From positions 1 to 64,000 of the forward strand of contig CAVYNL010000033.1 of NCBI GenBank assembly GCA_963769845.1: DNA of 64,000 nucleotides. The letters are read 5' to 3'. Every line of letters begins with the position of its first letter. The first letter of the stretch is position 1. Below are positions 48,228-57,605 of the stretch, piece by piece. This DNA comes from Candidatus Bathyarchaeota archaeon (GTDB lineage Archaea; Thermoproteota; Bathyarchaeia; Bathyarchaeales; Bathycorpusculaceae). Position numbers and translations under genes: made by a program. The notes beneath the pieces were generated by a model. The model ran no database searches. It was not told the DNA's origin and was given only the letters and a program-made list of their open reading frames with translations.

Positions 48228-49265
48228 TCAGTTTGCCCTTTTCTTCCTGTGGATTTCTCTTTTGAGTCTTTGGTCCTCTTTGTATTTGGTTCGGCAAGGG
48301 TTTCCTTCAGCTCTGAATACGTCAAGATTCTTCAGGCCTGCGGTTATCGACCACAGCGTTCCCAACTTTATTTTGTCCTGATGAGAACATACGTAGCCAG
48401 TGTGATCTGACATGATTCGTTGTGCTGCTTCCAAGCTCATTTTGCGTCCCTCCTTTCGTATGCTTTCAGAGATGGCTAAGTATCGTGGGATCGTATCCCA
48501 ATTCTCTATCTTTCGACGTTCCAGGTCCTCATACTGCTGCATCTCAGGAAGAACAAAATGATTTGTACATACGATGAAGTTCTCGCCGTTCTCTGGTCTA
48601 CGAATCATGACCTTGTCGGGCGAGACTTCGGCGACGGCCATATCACCTGTATCGTCAGCCAATAAGAAGTTGGCGTTGGCTGAAGCATGCATGCCCAAAA
48701 TGCTTTTTGAGGCTTCTTTGACGCTGGCGCATTTGTCAAGCACTGATCTCACTGCCAGTGCGAAACTGATTCCGGGTTTGACGGCTTTGTCGCATAGACC
48801 TGTCATCGCGATAGCCAAGCCATCTTCGTTGATGCCATCTTCTCTTCCTATGAAAACATCAGAATGCCCGAGGCTGATGAAAGCATCTTGGGGTGCGGTC
48901 AGATAGCTTTCCGTGTACTTCTTGAAGCTGTAGAAGAAGTCATAGTTTCTCCCGAATATCACATCAGAGCCATTAGACGCAGCGAAGCTGCTACACATTG
49001 GTTGAGGTTTGAAAGCTCCAATCGTCAGCATGAAAGCTGCCATGTCGTTGTATGAAGCGTGACAGGCTTCTGAGAAGCCTCTAATCTCGTCCAATATTTC
49101 TGGAAAGACTCTTCTTACTTCGGACTCAGATTTCGCGGCAAAATCAAGCTTTTCTTCTGGTTGGGCTGCGACTCTGAAGCCATGCCTGTACAATATAGCT
49201 CCATAGCTGCGTCCCATGTCATAATATGAACCTTTTATCCTCGGATGATACATATCCTGCTTCAC
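48228..49265 (-). CDS. peptidase C45 / acyl-CoA:6-APA acyltransferase-like Ntn-hydrolase
   Basis: The internal nucleophile motif MCSSFAASNGSDVIFGRNYDF is typical of C45/choloylglycine-hydrolase-fold autoproteolytic enzymes. Confidence 0.65.
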   Translation of the reverse strand: MKQDMYHPRIKGSYYDMGRSYGAILYRHGFRVAAQPEEKLDFAAKSESEVRRVFPEILDEIRGFSEACHASYNDMAAFMLTIGAFKPQPMCSSFAASNGSDVIFGRNYDFFYSFKKYTESYLTAPQDAFISLGHSDVFIGREDGINEDGLAIAMTGLCDKAVKPGISFALAVRSVLDKCASVKEASKSILGMHASANANFLLADDTGDMAVAEVSPDKVMIRRPENGENFIVCTNHFVLPEMQQYEDLERRKIENWDTIPRYLAISESIRKEGRKMSLEAAQRIMSDHTGYVCSHQDKIKLGTLWSITAGLKNLDVFRAEGNPCRTKYKEDQRLKREIHRKKRAN

Positions 49266-49409
49266 TCTACTACACTATTATCTGCCTTGACAAAAAGTGT
49301 TTCCGACGCTTCTGGAATGTTTTTTGTCTTCTTACGGATTAATTTTGCCGAAAGGCACATTTATTTGCCGAAAGGTAGAAGGATACTCGCATCAGGAGTG
49401 GCAAGCTGG

Positions 49410-49700
49410 ATGAACTCTCAGGAAAAAACGGAAAGACTTCTTAAGGCGTTGGGCGATAAATCTAGACTTCAAATCTTAGAATGCATACAAGGAGACATAA
49501 GCAACCCGGGCAAGATAGCACTTAATCTTAATCGTCACAGATCAACAATCGAAAAACATCTCCGTGTCCTGCTGAGAGCTGGAATCGTGGAGAAGACTCC
49601 ATCACTTACAAGCCAAGGCAACTTGTCAATCAAGTACAAGATCACCGAGAACGCGGCAAAACTGCTCGCAGCCCTCAAAGAAGCCTGCAAAGAATTCTAA
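49410..49700 (+). CDS. ArsR/SmtB-family winged-helix transcriptional regulator
   Basis: LKALGDKSRLQILECI...IALNLNRHRSTIEKHLRVLLRAGIV. Start set at the internal Met. Confidence 0.65.
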   Translation: MNSQEKTERLLKALGDKSRLQILECIQGDISNPGKIALNLNRHRSTIEKHLRVLLRAGIVEKTPSLTSQGNLSIKYKITENAAKLLAALKEACKEF

Positions 49701-49704
49701 TCAG

Positions 49705-49716
49705 AGCGCGCGCGCT
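49705..49716. repeat. AGCGCGCGCGCT, an extended 12-mer version, between the convergent arsR and ATP-cone genes
   Basis: Read from the sequence. Confidence 0.9.
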
Positions 49717-49725
49717 CAATTAGAT

Positions 49726-49974
49726 TTACTCTTTCTTTGCTGGCTTTTTGTATGTCTCGTAGGCTTTTGCAGCTTTAGGGTCTAGCGGTCTAAGTTCGGT
49801 TATGACCCATCGCCTTATCACGACAGTCGTCGTTCCTTGCTTTACTTTGCCTGCAATCTTCTCGGCAATTTTTGTTGCGTGTTCATCTTTGGCTCCAGCT
49901 TTCTTAACAGAAGCTTTCAATTTTGCCTTATTGAAATCCTCAGAACGTTTCTTCACTCTAACCAAAGAAACCAC
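49726..49974 (-). CDS. ATP-cone domain protein
   Basis: VRVKKRSEDFNKAKLKASVKKAG...IAEKIAGKV has an ATP-cone-like periodicity. 82 aa. Confidence 0.45.
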   Translation of the reverse strand: MVSLVRVKKRSEDFNKAKLKASVKKAGAKDEHATKIAEKIAGKVKQGTTTVVIRRWVITELRPLDPKAAKAYETYKKPAKKE

Positions 49975-50130
49975 CGTAGATGCATATCATAGATGCCAAT
50001 TTAAAACTTTCCACATGCAATAGTTTAAGCTTTGGAGGAAATGGATGGATAAAAAATATACAGGGGAACCGAAGGATATTTTACTAATTGATATCATTTC
50101 GATGCAAAGGCAACAGGAGAAACAAGCGCT

Positions 50131-50652
50131 ATGGAACCCAAGCTCAACGTCGAGATACTCCGCAACGCAAAAACATGGACCGAGCCATTTACCGAACATT
50201 TCAAGGGCTTCGAGAAGGTTGAGGCAATCAGGCGAATCTTCGGGGAGAAGACAGAAAAGGTACTTTCGGAGCTGAGAGTCGAGTTTTCCGGAAGACGTGG
50301 CTACATGGGCGTCAGCGACACTGATGGACATCTGATCGTCAGCGCGGACTACCTGAACTGCGGAGACTTCGTCGACATCTACCTCGACGTGGTCCATGAG
50401 CTGGTCCACGTTAGACAGTTCATGGAGGGAAAGGAACTGTTCGATGACAGATACAGCTACGTGGACAGGCCCACCGAGATTGAGGCCTATGAGCATACGG
50501 TTGAAGAAGCAAAAAGGCTAGGTCTGAGCGACGAGCGGATTTGCGAGTACCTAAAGACCGAGTGGATGAGCAACAATGAAATGAAACGCCTAGCTAAGAC
50601 GCTGAATGTCAAGACGCCTGCTCGTCAGGGATTCAGGAGACACGTTCAGTAG
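50131..50652 (+). CDS. hypothetical protein with a HEXXH zinc-metallopeptidase-like motif (VVHELVHVRQF)
   Basis: A single HExxH plus a downstream Glu (EIEAYEH). 173 aa. Confidence 0.4.
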   Translation: MEPKLNVEILRNAKTWTEPFTEHFKGFEKVEAIRRIFGEKTEKVLSELRVEFSGRRGYMGVSDTDGHLIVSADYLNCGDFVDIYLDVVHELVHVRQFMEGKELFDDRYSYVDRPTEIEAYEHTVEEAKRLGLSDERICEYLKTEWMSNNEMKRLAKTLNVKTPARQGFRRHVQ

Positions 50653-51218
50653 TTCTCAGTCCAGACCTCGAAGAAGCTCCTCGGATGCTCGCACACGGGG
50701 CACTTGTCGGGCGCTTCGCTGCCTTCGTAGACGAACCCGCAGTTTCTGCATTTCCACTTTATCGGCACGTCTTTCTTGAAGACTTTGCCTTGCTCTACGT
50801 TTGCCAACAACTTCAAGTACCGCCTTTCATGGTAAGCTTCGACCTTGGCAATGCTCCTGAAGGTCTTCGCAGCGTCCTTGAAACCTTCTTTCTCGGCAAC
50901 CTCGCCAAAACCTGGGTACAGTGTTCCCCACTCGAACTTTTCGCCCTCAGCAGCCGCCTTCAGATTTTCTCTTGTTGTTCCAATGATCCCAGCAGGATAG
51001 GCGGCCTTGATCTCGACAGTTCCGCCTTTCAGGTGTTTGAAGAATAGTTGCGCGTGCTCTTTCTCGTTGTCTGATGTTTCTTGGAAAATCGCGGAAATCT
51101 GTTCGTATCCCTCCTTCTTTGCCTCACTGGCGAAGAAAGTATAACGTGTTCTGGCTTGAGACTCGCCGGCAAAAGCTGCCAGCAGGTTCTTCTCGGTTTG
51201 ACTTCCTTTAAACTCCAT
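50646..51218 (-). CDS. rbr: rubrerythrin (ferritin-like diiron domain plus a C-terminal rubredoxin-like CxxC...CxxC)
   Basis: ESQARTRYTFFASEAKKEGY...EKEHAQLF, and C-terminal CRNCGFVYEG...CPVCEHP. Confidence 0.9.
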   Translation of the reverse strand: MEFKGSQTEKNLLAAFAGESQARTRYTFFASEAKKEGYEQISAIFQETSDNEKEHAQLFFKHLKGGTVEIKAAYPAGIIGTTRENLKAAAEGEKFEWGTLYPGFGEVAEKEGFKDAAKTFRSIAKVEAYHERRYLKLLANVEQGKVFKKDVPIKWKCRNCGFVYEGSEAPDKCPVCEHPRSFFEVWTENY

Positions 51219-51513
51219 GCGATGAACTTCCTTTCAGTTTCATCTTTGCAGAAGCGGTATAAAAACCATTTTGAAAAGGTAGTCTCTCGCCAGTATTAAG
51301 TCTCAGCTGCTGTTATACTGTCTTGTTCGGAGCCGAAGAATTGCTCAGTTCTGTCCAGAATGCGCGTGCGGCATGTTGAACATTATCCGTTTGACCGAGT
51401 TGCGGACCGTCCTCCTGAAATCTCTTAAGTCTACAAGAAAGTCCCAGTTTTGTGCCTTCAAGAAAGACTATTATGCTCGGGCAATCTGATTCAATTCAAG
51501 GGGTCTGGAAACC

Positions 51514-51786
51514 ATGCAAATTGGCATTCTTGACGTTGCCGTCAGGGCTGGGTTAGTAATGGCAACGACAATATTGTTCCTGCTTGTCATTTCAGCGTAC
51601 TGGCGGATGAAGAATTCGAAGATGATGCTTATCTCCGTGGGTTTTGGTGTTTTCTGGGTTCACGCCTTGATCTCGTTACCTGAGCTGGTCAACGAAGCGT
51701 ATCATATCGCATTGGACGAGAACATGCACCTTCTGATTCCTTTGATTGGACTGATATTCATCCTGCTTGGAATACTAAAGGACTAG
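51514..51786 (+). CDS. small membrane protein (2-3 TM), hypothetical
   Basis: ORF plus hydrophobicity only. Confidence 0.3.
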   Translation: MQIGILDVAVRAGLVMATTILFLLVISAYWRMKNSKMMLISVGFGVFWVHALISLPELVNEAYHIALDENMHLLIPLIGLIFILLGILKD

Positions 51787-51793
51787 TTTCGTA

Positions 51794-52351
51794 ATGTTCA
51801 AAGATGAAATCCTGGAGAACGAAAAACGCAAGAAGATATACGAAGTCATAGAGGCAAATCAGGGTATTCATCTTAGGGAACTGCAGAGAATCCTCGAAAT
51901 GCCAGTAGCGACAGTAGAATACCATGTCAGCTACATGACCAGAAGGAGAATCATATACAGTGAAGCAGACGAGCACGTCAAAAGGTACTATACACGGCCT
52001 CTGGACCCGGAAGACAAGAAAGTTCTCTCAGCACTCAGACAGAAGAAGCTTAGAGAAATCGTCTTGGTGATATTGTCGGACCAGAAGGCAAAGTACCAGT
52101 TCCTCGCAAACTGTTTTGAGTTGCCACATTCGACACTTTCGCTCTATCTCAAGTACTTGGTTGACAAGGGCGTTCTCGACAGGGAGAAGGTGGGCTACGA
52201 GAACATCTACACCGTTCACGATGAAGACAGAGTGGCGAAAGTGCTGGTAGCCTACAAGTCAAGCTTCATGGACACACTCGTCGACAAGACGCTGGCGACT
52301 TGGATGGAAACACGAGTTCGACGAGAAGCCAGCATGCCGCTACAGTCTTGA
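51794..52351 (+). CDS. transcriptional regulator with tandem winged-helix domains
   Basis: KKIYEVIEANQGIHLRELQRILEMPVATVEYHVSYM, and a second wHTH-like segment KLREIVLVILSDQ...LSLYLKYLVDKGVL. Confidence 0.5.
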   Translation: MFKDEILENEKRKKIYEVIEANQGIHLRELQRILEMPVATVEYHVSYMTRRRIIYSEADEHVKRYYTRPLDPEDKKVLSALRQKKLREIVLVILSDQKAKYQFLANCFELPHSTLSLYLKYLVDKGVLDREKVGYENIYTVHDEDRVAKVLVAYKSSFMDTLVDKTLATWMETRVRREASMPLQS

Positions 52352-52904
52352 TCCAAGCTTTGTTCGAATCCCGTTCAAAGTTTGTCCGACGGCTCTTATA
52401 TGGGCGAAATGGAAAGTGTTTACATGTCGGAGGTTGAGAGCAAGTGGACGCATCTTGTTCCTCACGAAAAATCGTCAAGGTCTGGAACGACCTAGATTTT
52501 CATTCTCCTCTCCTTTCTCCCCTTTGGGCCTCTCCAGACCTTAACGAGAACCTCCAAAGGAACAGGAACACAACCTGACGCTAATGGAGAAGGTGGCGCG
52601 ACCCTTGAACGAACAAGCATTGGTCGTAGAGCGTGATGCCCTGAAGAAGACGCTACTTGAGGACATGAAGGAAAAGGATTCAGTGGAGCACAAGATAACT
52701 GTAGAATTTCAAGAATTGAAAAAAGTCGAAGTTTCGCTAGAAAAACTGCGATCAAATCACAGACCGCGTGTTTAAGGCACGGCTAGACTCTTAGATCAAT
52801 CGGCACCCATGCCCACAGGATTAGAGTCGCGCACATTCCCTTCGATTTCCAGTCCTGAGATGGAGCGAAAGCAAAATATACTTGTCGTCATTTGGCATAG
52901 GTGC

Positions 52905-54269
52905 ATGGTAAGAAGAATCGCAGTTATCGGTATGGGGTACGTCGGAATACCTATCGCAGCCCTTTTTGCGGATGTTCCAGGTTTTGAAGTCGTCGGCGTG
53001 CAACGTAGGTCTAAGCGTTCTGGATGGAAGATTGACTGGCTGAACAAGGGAAAGAACCCGATCGGCGGAGATGAACCAGGCTTATCTGAGCTTATTGCAC
53101 GCGTTGTGAAGAAGAAAACCTTCAAGGTTGTTGAGGACATCGCCGTCTGCAAAGATGCCGAAGCCGTGTTGATTGACGTGCAGACGCCAACAGACGCTAA
53201 CAGAGTTCCTGACTATTCATCGTTGAAGGACGTTGCCGCGCAAGTTGGCCAGTACATGCGGCCAAAGACGCTTGTGGTTGTCGAGTCAACTGTAGCCCCC
53301 GGGACAACGAACAACATTGTGAAGCCCATCCTGGAGAAGAGTTCGGGCCTGAAGGCAGGCAAGGATTTTTCGCTGGCCTTCTGCTACGAGAGGGTAATGG
53401 TAGGGCGGCTGATCAGGAATATTGTGGAGCTTCCCAGAATAGTCGGAGGAATTGACGAAGAAAGTACCAAGCGTGCGTTAGAGCTGTACAAGCATGTTGT
53501 GAAGGCGGGGCTCTACCCTACGGATGCACTTACGGCGGAAGTGACCAAAGTCGTCGAAAACACGTACAGGGACGTTAACATCGCCTTTGCCAACGAAGTG
53601 GCACTGATTTGCGAGAGTCTTGGCGTCGACGCCTACAAAGTGCGAGAACTAGTCAACACGCTCCCAAACGACCCCAAGAACCCGGCTTCAAACCCTGTGA
53701 GGAACATGCACTTCCCAAGCGGGGGAGTCGGGGGACACTGCTTACCAAAAGACCCGTGGCTGCTCAAGTACGGCTTGGATACCTACGGCAAGTTCAAATT
53801 CTGTCCAAAGGTCATAATCGGAAGCAGGGAACTGAATGATAAAATGCCGGCACACGTTGTAGACCTGCTAGAAGAAGCCTTGATGGAACACGGCAAGAAA
53901 CTGAAAGGGACAAGAATAGCCATATTGGGTGTGGCTTTCCTTGCAAACTCCGACGACACAAGAAACACTCCGTCGGCTACACTGTATGAAGAGCTGAAGA
54001 AACGCGGCGCAAAACCAGTCCTTCATGACCCACTTGTCCGCGACTTCGAACTACCTTTCACCAAAGACTTGGACGAAGCCATAAGAGGCGCAGACGCAAT
54101 CATTCTTTCCACGAAACACAAGCAGTACCTCACACTAGATTTGAAGAAACTGAAGAACAAACTAGCAACTCCAGTCCTGATCGACGGCGGGAACGCTTAC
54201 AGCGAAGAAACAGCAACCAAAGCAGGATTCACATACCGAGGGATCGGCAAAGGCAAAGCGAAGAAATAA
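52905..54269 (+). CDS. nucleotide-sugar dehydrogenase (UDP-glucose / UDP-N-acetyl-D-mannosamine 6-dehydrogenase family)
   Basis: IAVIGMGYVGIPIAALFA Rossmann motif and the catalytic Cys region GGHCLPKD. Confidence 0.85.
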   Translation: MVRRIAVIGMGYVGIPIAALFADVPGFEVVGVQRRSKRSGWKIDWLNKGKNPIGGDEPGLSELIARVVKKKTFKVVEDIAVCKDAEAVLIDVQTPTDANRVPDYSSLKDVAAQVGQYMRPKTLVVVESTVAPGTTNNIVKPILEKSSGLKAGKDFSLAFCYERVMVGRLIRNIVELPRIVGGIDEESTKRALELYKHVVKAGLYPTDALTAEVTKVVENTYRDVNIAFANEVALICESLGVDAYKVRELVNTLPNDPKNPASNPVRNMHFPSGGVGGHCLPKDPWLLKYGLDTYGKFKFCPKVIIGSRELNDKMPAHVVDLLEEALMEHGKKLKGTRIAILGVAFLANSDDTRNTPSATLYEELKKRGAKPVLHDPLVRDFELPFTKDLDEAIRGADAIILSTKHKQYLTLDLKKLKNKLATPVLIDGGNAYSEETATKAGFTYRGIGKGKAKK

Positions 54270-54270
54270 G

Positions 54271-54280
54271 AGCGCGCGCT
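54271..54280. repeat. AGCGCGCGCT palindromic decamer, 2 nt after the sugar-dehydrogenase stop codon
   Basis: Exact match. Confidence 0.9.
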
Positions 54281-54526
54281 GGTGCACTGCGAGACGTTGA
54301 GCAGCAACTAGATAACAACACGCCTCCCGTGTCTCTTCACAACGGGCCATTTTGACTGGAAAATCTCTCCACGTGATCATTCTTGCCTGTGCTTAGCTTC
54401 ATATATCTTAATATGTGACCAAGTGCACTGTAGTTAGAGGTAGAATTTTCGTAGAGAAGAATACTGACAAAAGGGACCAATCGAATTTTGTCATTTTTCT
54501 TAACACCATTCTACTAAAAAAATGAG

Positions 54527-54739
54527 GTGAAAACTATGGAATTAACAAACGAGCAGGTGAGCACGCCAGCTCGGTCATCGACCAGCAGTGCAGAAAGAAG
54601 ACACCCGTCCAAAGTGGACTGTAATTCTGAACTGAGAAGCTGGGTGCTCCACGTCATACGAGAAGCAGAAAAAGAAAGAGACTTCAAAAAGAGAACTCGA
54701 TTCTTAAGCCTTCTCAAAGACCTTCAGAATCGTCCATGA
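54527..54739 (+). CDS. hypothetical small protein translationally coupled (ATGA) to the RPA-like gene
   Basis: ORF only. Confidence 0.3.
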   Translation: MKTMELTNEQVSTPARSSTSSAERRHPSKVDCNSELRSWVLHVIREAEKERDFKKRTRFLSLLKDLQNRP

Positions 54740-55416
54740 GCAGTCATTACGATGGGAGTAGCAGAAGGAGAAAAGACCCCGTGAGGCCCTTGAAAAACAA
54801 AGTATCAGCCGGCGAGTACCTCGCCTTTCTATCAACAAAACATGAAGTTGACCCTGACGAACTCTTTTATGCGTTGATCTCGGCGGGGGAAAGACAGAAA
54901 GCCAAATGTGGAAAACTTTCGATCGAATGCCGCAGCACAACACAAGACAAGGCCATATTTCTTATCATGAAAGACTCCAGAGTTGTTGCACAATTTCCAG
55001 TGCCCAAGGCATTCCTCTTGGAACGAATCAACCCGATCAAAGACTTCATGAAGACCGACATGATCCGCAGACATCTGAACAAGAAAAACAAGGGATCACA
55101 CTCTTTCCCCATTAGAGACCTGCGAACCGGAATGAACCACATTAGTCTGAAGGCAAAGGTTTTAGAAATCCCAGCGCCAAAACGTGTCGTCACACGGTTT
55201 GGAAACTACGCAAACATAACCAACGCCTTGATAGCAGACGAGACTGGAACAATCAAGCTATGCTTGTGGAATGAACAGATAGACTCCATCTCCACGGGAG
55301 ACACCATCCAAATCGAGAATGCACGAACATCCAGATTCAGAGGAGAAAAACAACTGAGTATCGGAAAAAAAGGAACACTCAGTAGCACCCAAAACCTTGG
55401 CGCCCAACTACGATAG
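54736..55416 (+). CDS. RPA-like OB-fold single-stranded nucleic-acid-binding protein
   Basis: The C-terminal OB fold (AKVLEIPAPKRVVTRFGNYANITNALIADETGTIKLCLWNEQIDSISTGDTIQIENARTSRFRGEKQLSIG) matches RPA/SSB OB domains. Confidence 0.55.
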   Translation: MSSHYDGSSRRRKDPVRPLKNKVSAGEYLAFLSTKHEVDPDELFYALISAGERQKAKCGKLSIECRSTTQDKAIFLIMKDSRVVAQFPVPKAFLLERINPIKDFMKTDMIRRHLNKKNKGSHSFPIRDLRTGMNHISLKAKVLEIPAPKRVVTRFGNYANITNALIADETGTIKLCLWNEQIDSISTGDTIQIENARTSRFRGEKQLSIGKKGTLSSTQNLGAQLR

Positions 55417-55634
55417 AAGCAAGGCTCCTAGGGAGCCCTGGCAAGAATCACTTCTTGACCATTCTTCCGTTTTACGGCGTTCTTAGGACGATAGCATAGA
55501 CGATGAGCATTGCAACGATGATCTACTCGCCAACAAACAAGCAGATGAAAAAGAAACTGGCTCCAAGTGTGAGGTTAATCAGGGCTATCGAAGGCGCTCA
55601 AAACGCAGCGCGTTATGTATCAGACACACTCGTC

Positions 55635-56738
55635 TCAGGATGCTTGGATAACAGCTTTTGCTTTCTCTAGGAGCTTCTCCTTTCTTTTCTTGTGTTCTTT
55701 CACAAATTTCAATACACAATCGATGACTTGTTCTTTGTGCTCTCCACACAAGAGCCTCCCAGTCTTGCATGCATCATATGTTTTCCTGATTGCATCATCG
55801 TCTTCAACAAAATGAAAGAGACAGATTTCATAGACCGGACAGATGTCCGGGACTCCACCGAGTTCGCGTTGCTCCTTGACGCTGGGTCTTCCGCCAGTGA
55901 AAGCGTTGGAGACTTTCTCGGCGATCTTTTCTGGCTTTTCATTCAGGGTAAAATAGTTGCTCAGCCTCTTGGCCATTTTCGGAGAACCGTCCAACCCTTT
56001 GATGAGTTTGTGGTAGGTTGAGGATGGCGGAACAAATCCGTACTTCCTACTGAATACGCGACTCAGGTCTCGGGTGAAACGAAGGTGCGGGTCCTGGTCA
56101 ACTCCTACGGGGACCACCGTGGGCTTAGGCCCCCCGAAGTCTTCAAGCTGAGGCAACAGAATGTCTCCGGCTTGAATCAGTGCTGACAAATACAGACCGA
56201 TTCGCCGTTCACCATAAACGGCTTTCATAGTGGCCAACGTCACCGGCCTTCCAAGGAGTATGGCCAAATCCTTGACTCTGGGTTCCTTAGATTGGCGGTA
56301 TACATAGGTCTTCTTTGGGTCCAACCCCAGAGCGAGCATGTCAGCAAGATTATCGACCGCATTTTTTGCGCTTTTGTCGAAAGGGATTCTGTTGTCTTCG
56401 TAGGCCTCTATGTCAGCGATGCAGTAGAATGTTTGAGCACCATGCTTCTGAAAATAGATGATTTCCATGCCGGTCATCAGCGTGCCTAGATGAAATTCCC
56501 CTGTAGGTTTTATGCCGCTCAAGACTGCAAATCCCCCATGGCTTTGCATGACATCCAGTATTCTGCCAAAGTCTCTGTGTCCGAATACTATTCCGCGCCG
56601 CATGTACAACGATGGTTCCGAGAGTCGCGACAGAAGCGGGCTGAAAGGTTCGATGCCAAATTCCTCATAAAGTCGTTGATAGTCATTCACCGAGCTTGTG
56701 CCGAACGGGTCGATCTCTTTTCTAGAAACAGGTGACAA
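55635..56738 (-). CDS. trpS: tryptophanyl-tRNA synthetase (archaeal/eukaryotic type)
   Basis: RRGIVFGHRDFGRILDVMQSHGGFAVLSGIKPTGEFHLG parallels the eukaryotic/archaeal TrpRS N-terminal region and the HIGH-like motif. KMAKR corresponds to KMSxS. Confidence 0.8.
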   Translation of the reverse strand: MSPVSRKEIDPFGTSSVNDYQRLYEEFGIEPFSPLLSRLSEPSLYMRRGIVFGHRDFGRILDVMQSHGGFAVLSGIKPTGEFHLGTLMTGMEIIYFQKHGAQTFYCIADIEAYEDNRIPFDKSAKNAVDNLADMLALGLDPKKTYVYRQSKEPRVKDLAILLGRPVTLATMKAVYGERRIGLYLSALIQAGDILLPQLEDFGGPKPTVVPVGVDQDPHLRFTRDLSRVFSRKYGFVPPSSTYHKLIKGLDGSPKMAKRLSNYFTLNEKPEKIAEKVSNAFTGGRPSVKEQRELGGVPDICPVYEICLFHFVEDDDAIRKTYDACKTGRLLCGEHKEQVIDCVLKFVKEHKKRKEKLLEKAKAVIQAS

Positions 56739-56930
56739 GATGAACTCCTCCTGTGATGGAGAGACCGCCGAAGATCGGAAAGCTCGCTAAGAAAGATGAG
56801 AAATCGTTGATTGGGACTAAGGCCAGTCCAAGGCATTCCCCATGCATATCAAGCGAGAATCAGACTTTAAACTTTTCTGAAACGCACGATGTCTGAGCGC
56901 ATGTCCATGTTGCCTCAGCTTTGTGAGGGT

Positions 56931-57605
56931 TCAACTGTTCGCTTTCAGCTTGCCATCCTGCATGGTGTAAACAACGGTTGCTGCTTCGACTATTTTTTCG
57001 TCGTGGGTTGCCACGACAACCGTGGTTTTTTCGCGTTTGTTTATGTCCTGAAGAAGACTGATGATTTCCTTGGCCGTTTTCGAGTCGAGCTCTCCTGTGG
57101 GTTCGTCGGCTATGATTATTTCCGGTTCGTTTGCGAGAGCCCTCGCGATGGCTACGCGTTGCATCTCCCCCATGCTTAACTGCTTTGGCCTGTGATTACG
57201 TCTGTGCGTCAGTCCGACGATTTCGAGAAGCTTCAACGCCTTTTCCCGCTGCGCTTTCTGGGATTTGTTGGCCAGTGACATGGGTAGTTCAACGTTCTCC
57301 AAAGCATTGAGCGTGGGGAAAAGATTGAACGTCTGAAAAACGAACCCCATGCGCATATTGCGGGTTCTTCTGCGCTCACGACCAGATAGCTGCGACGCGT
57401 CAGCATCGTCCATGAAGATTTTCCCCGAAGTCGGATAGTCGTTCAATCCGATAAGATTGAGCAGTGTAGACTTGCCTGAGCCCGACGGCCCGACAATGGC
57501 TACGAGCTCTGGCTCATTCATCTCCAGATTCACCGCTTTGACAGCCGCTATTTCGGATGATCCCACTCGAAACGACCTAGTCAGGTTCACTGTTCGGATT
57601 CTCAT
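56931..57605 (-). CDS. ABC transporter ATP-binding protein (MacB/LolD-like)
   Basis: Walker A GPSGSGKST, signature LSMGEMQRVAIARAL, Walker B IIADEPTGELD. The start is the internal Met (MRIRTVNL); the upstream part of the track ORF reads out of frame through the permease gene. Confidence 0.85.
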   Translation of the reverse strand: MRIRTVNLTRSFRVGSSEIAAVKAVNLEMNEPELVAIVGPSGSGKSTLLNLIGLNDYPTSGKIFMDDADASQLSGRERRRTRNMRMGFVFQTFNLFPTLNALENVELPMSLANKSQKAQREKALKLLEIVGLTHRRNHRPKQLSMGEMQRVAIARALANEPEIIIADEPTGELDSKTAKEIISLLQDINKREKTTVVVATHDEKIVEAATVVYTMQDGKLKANS

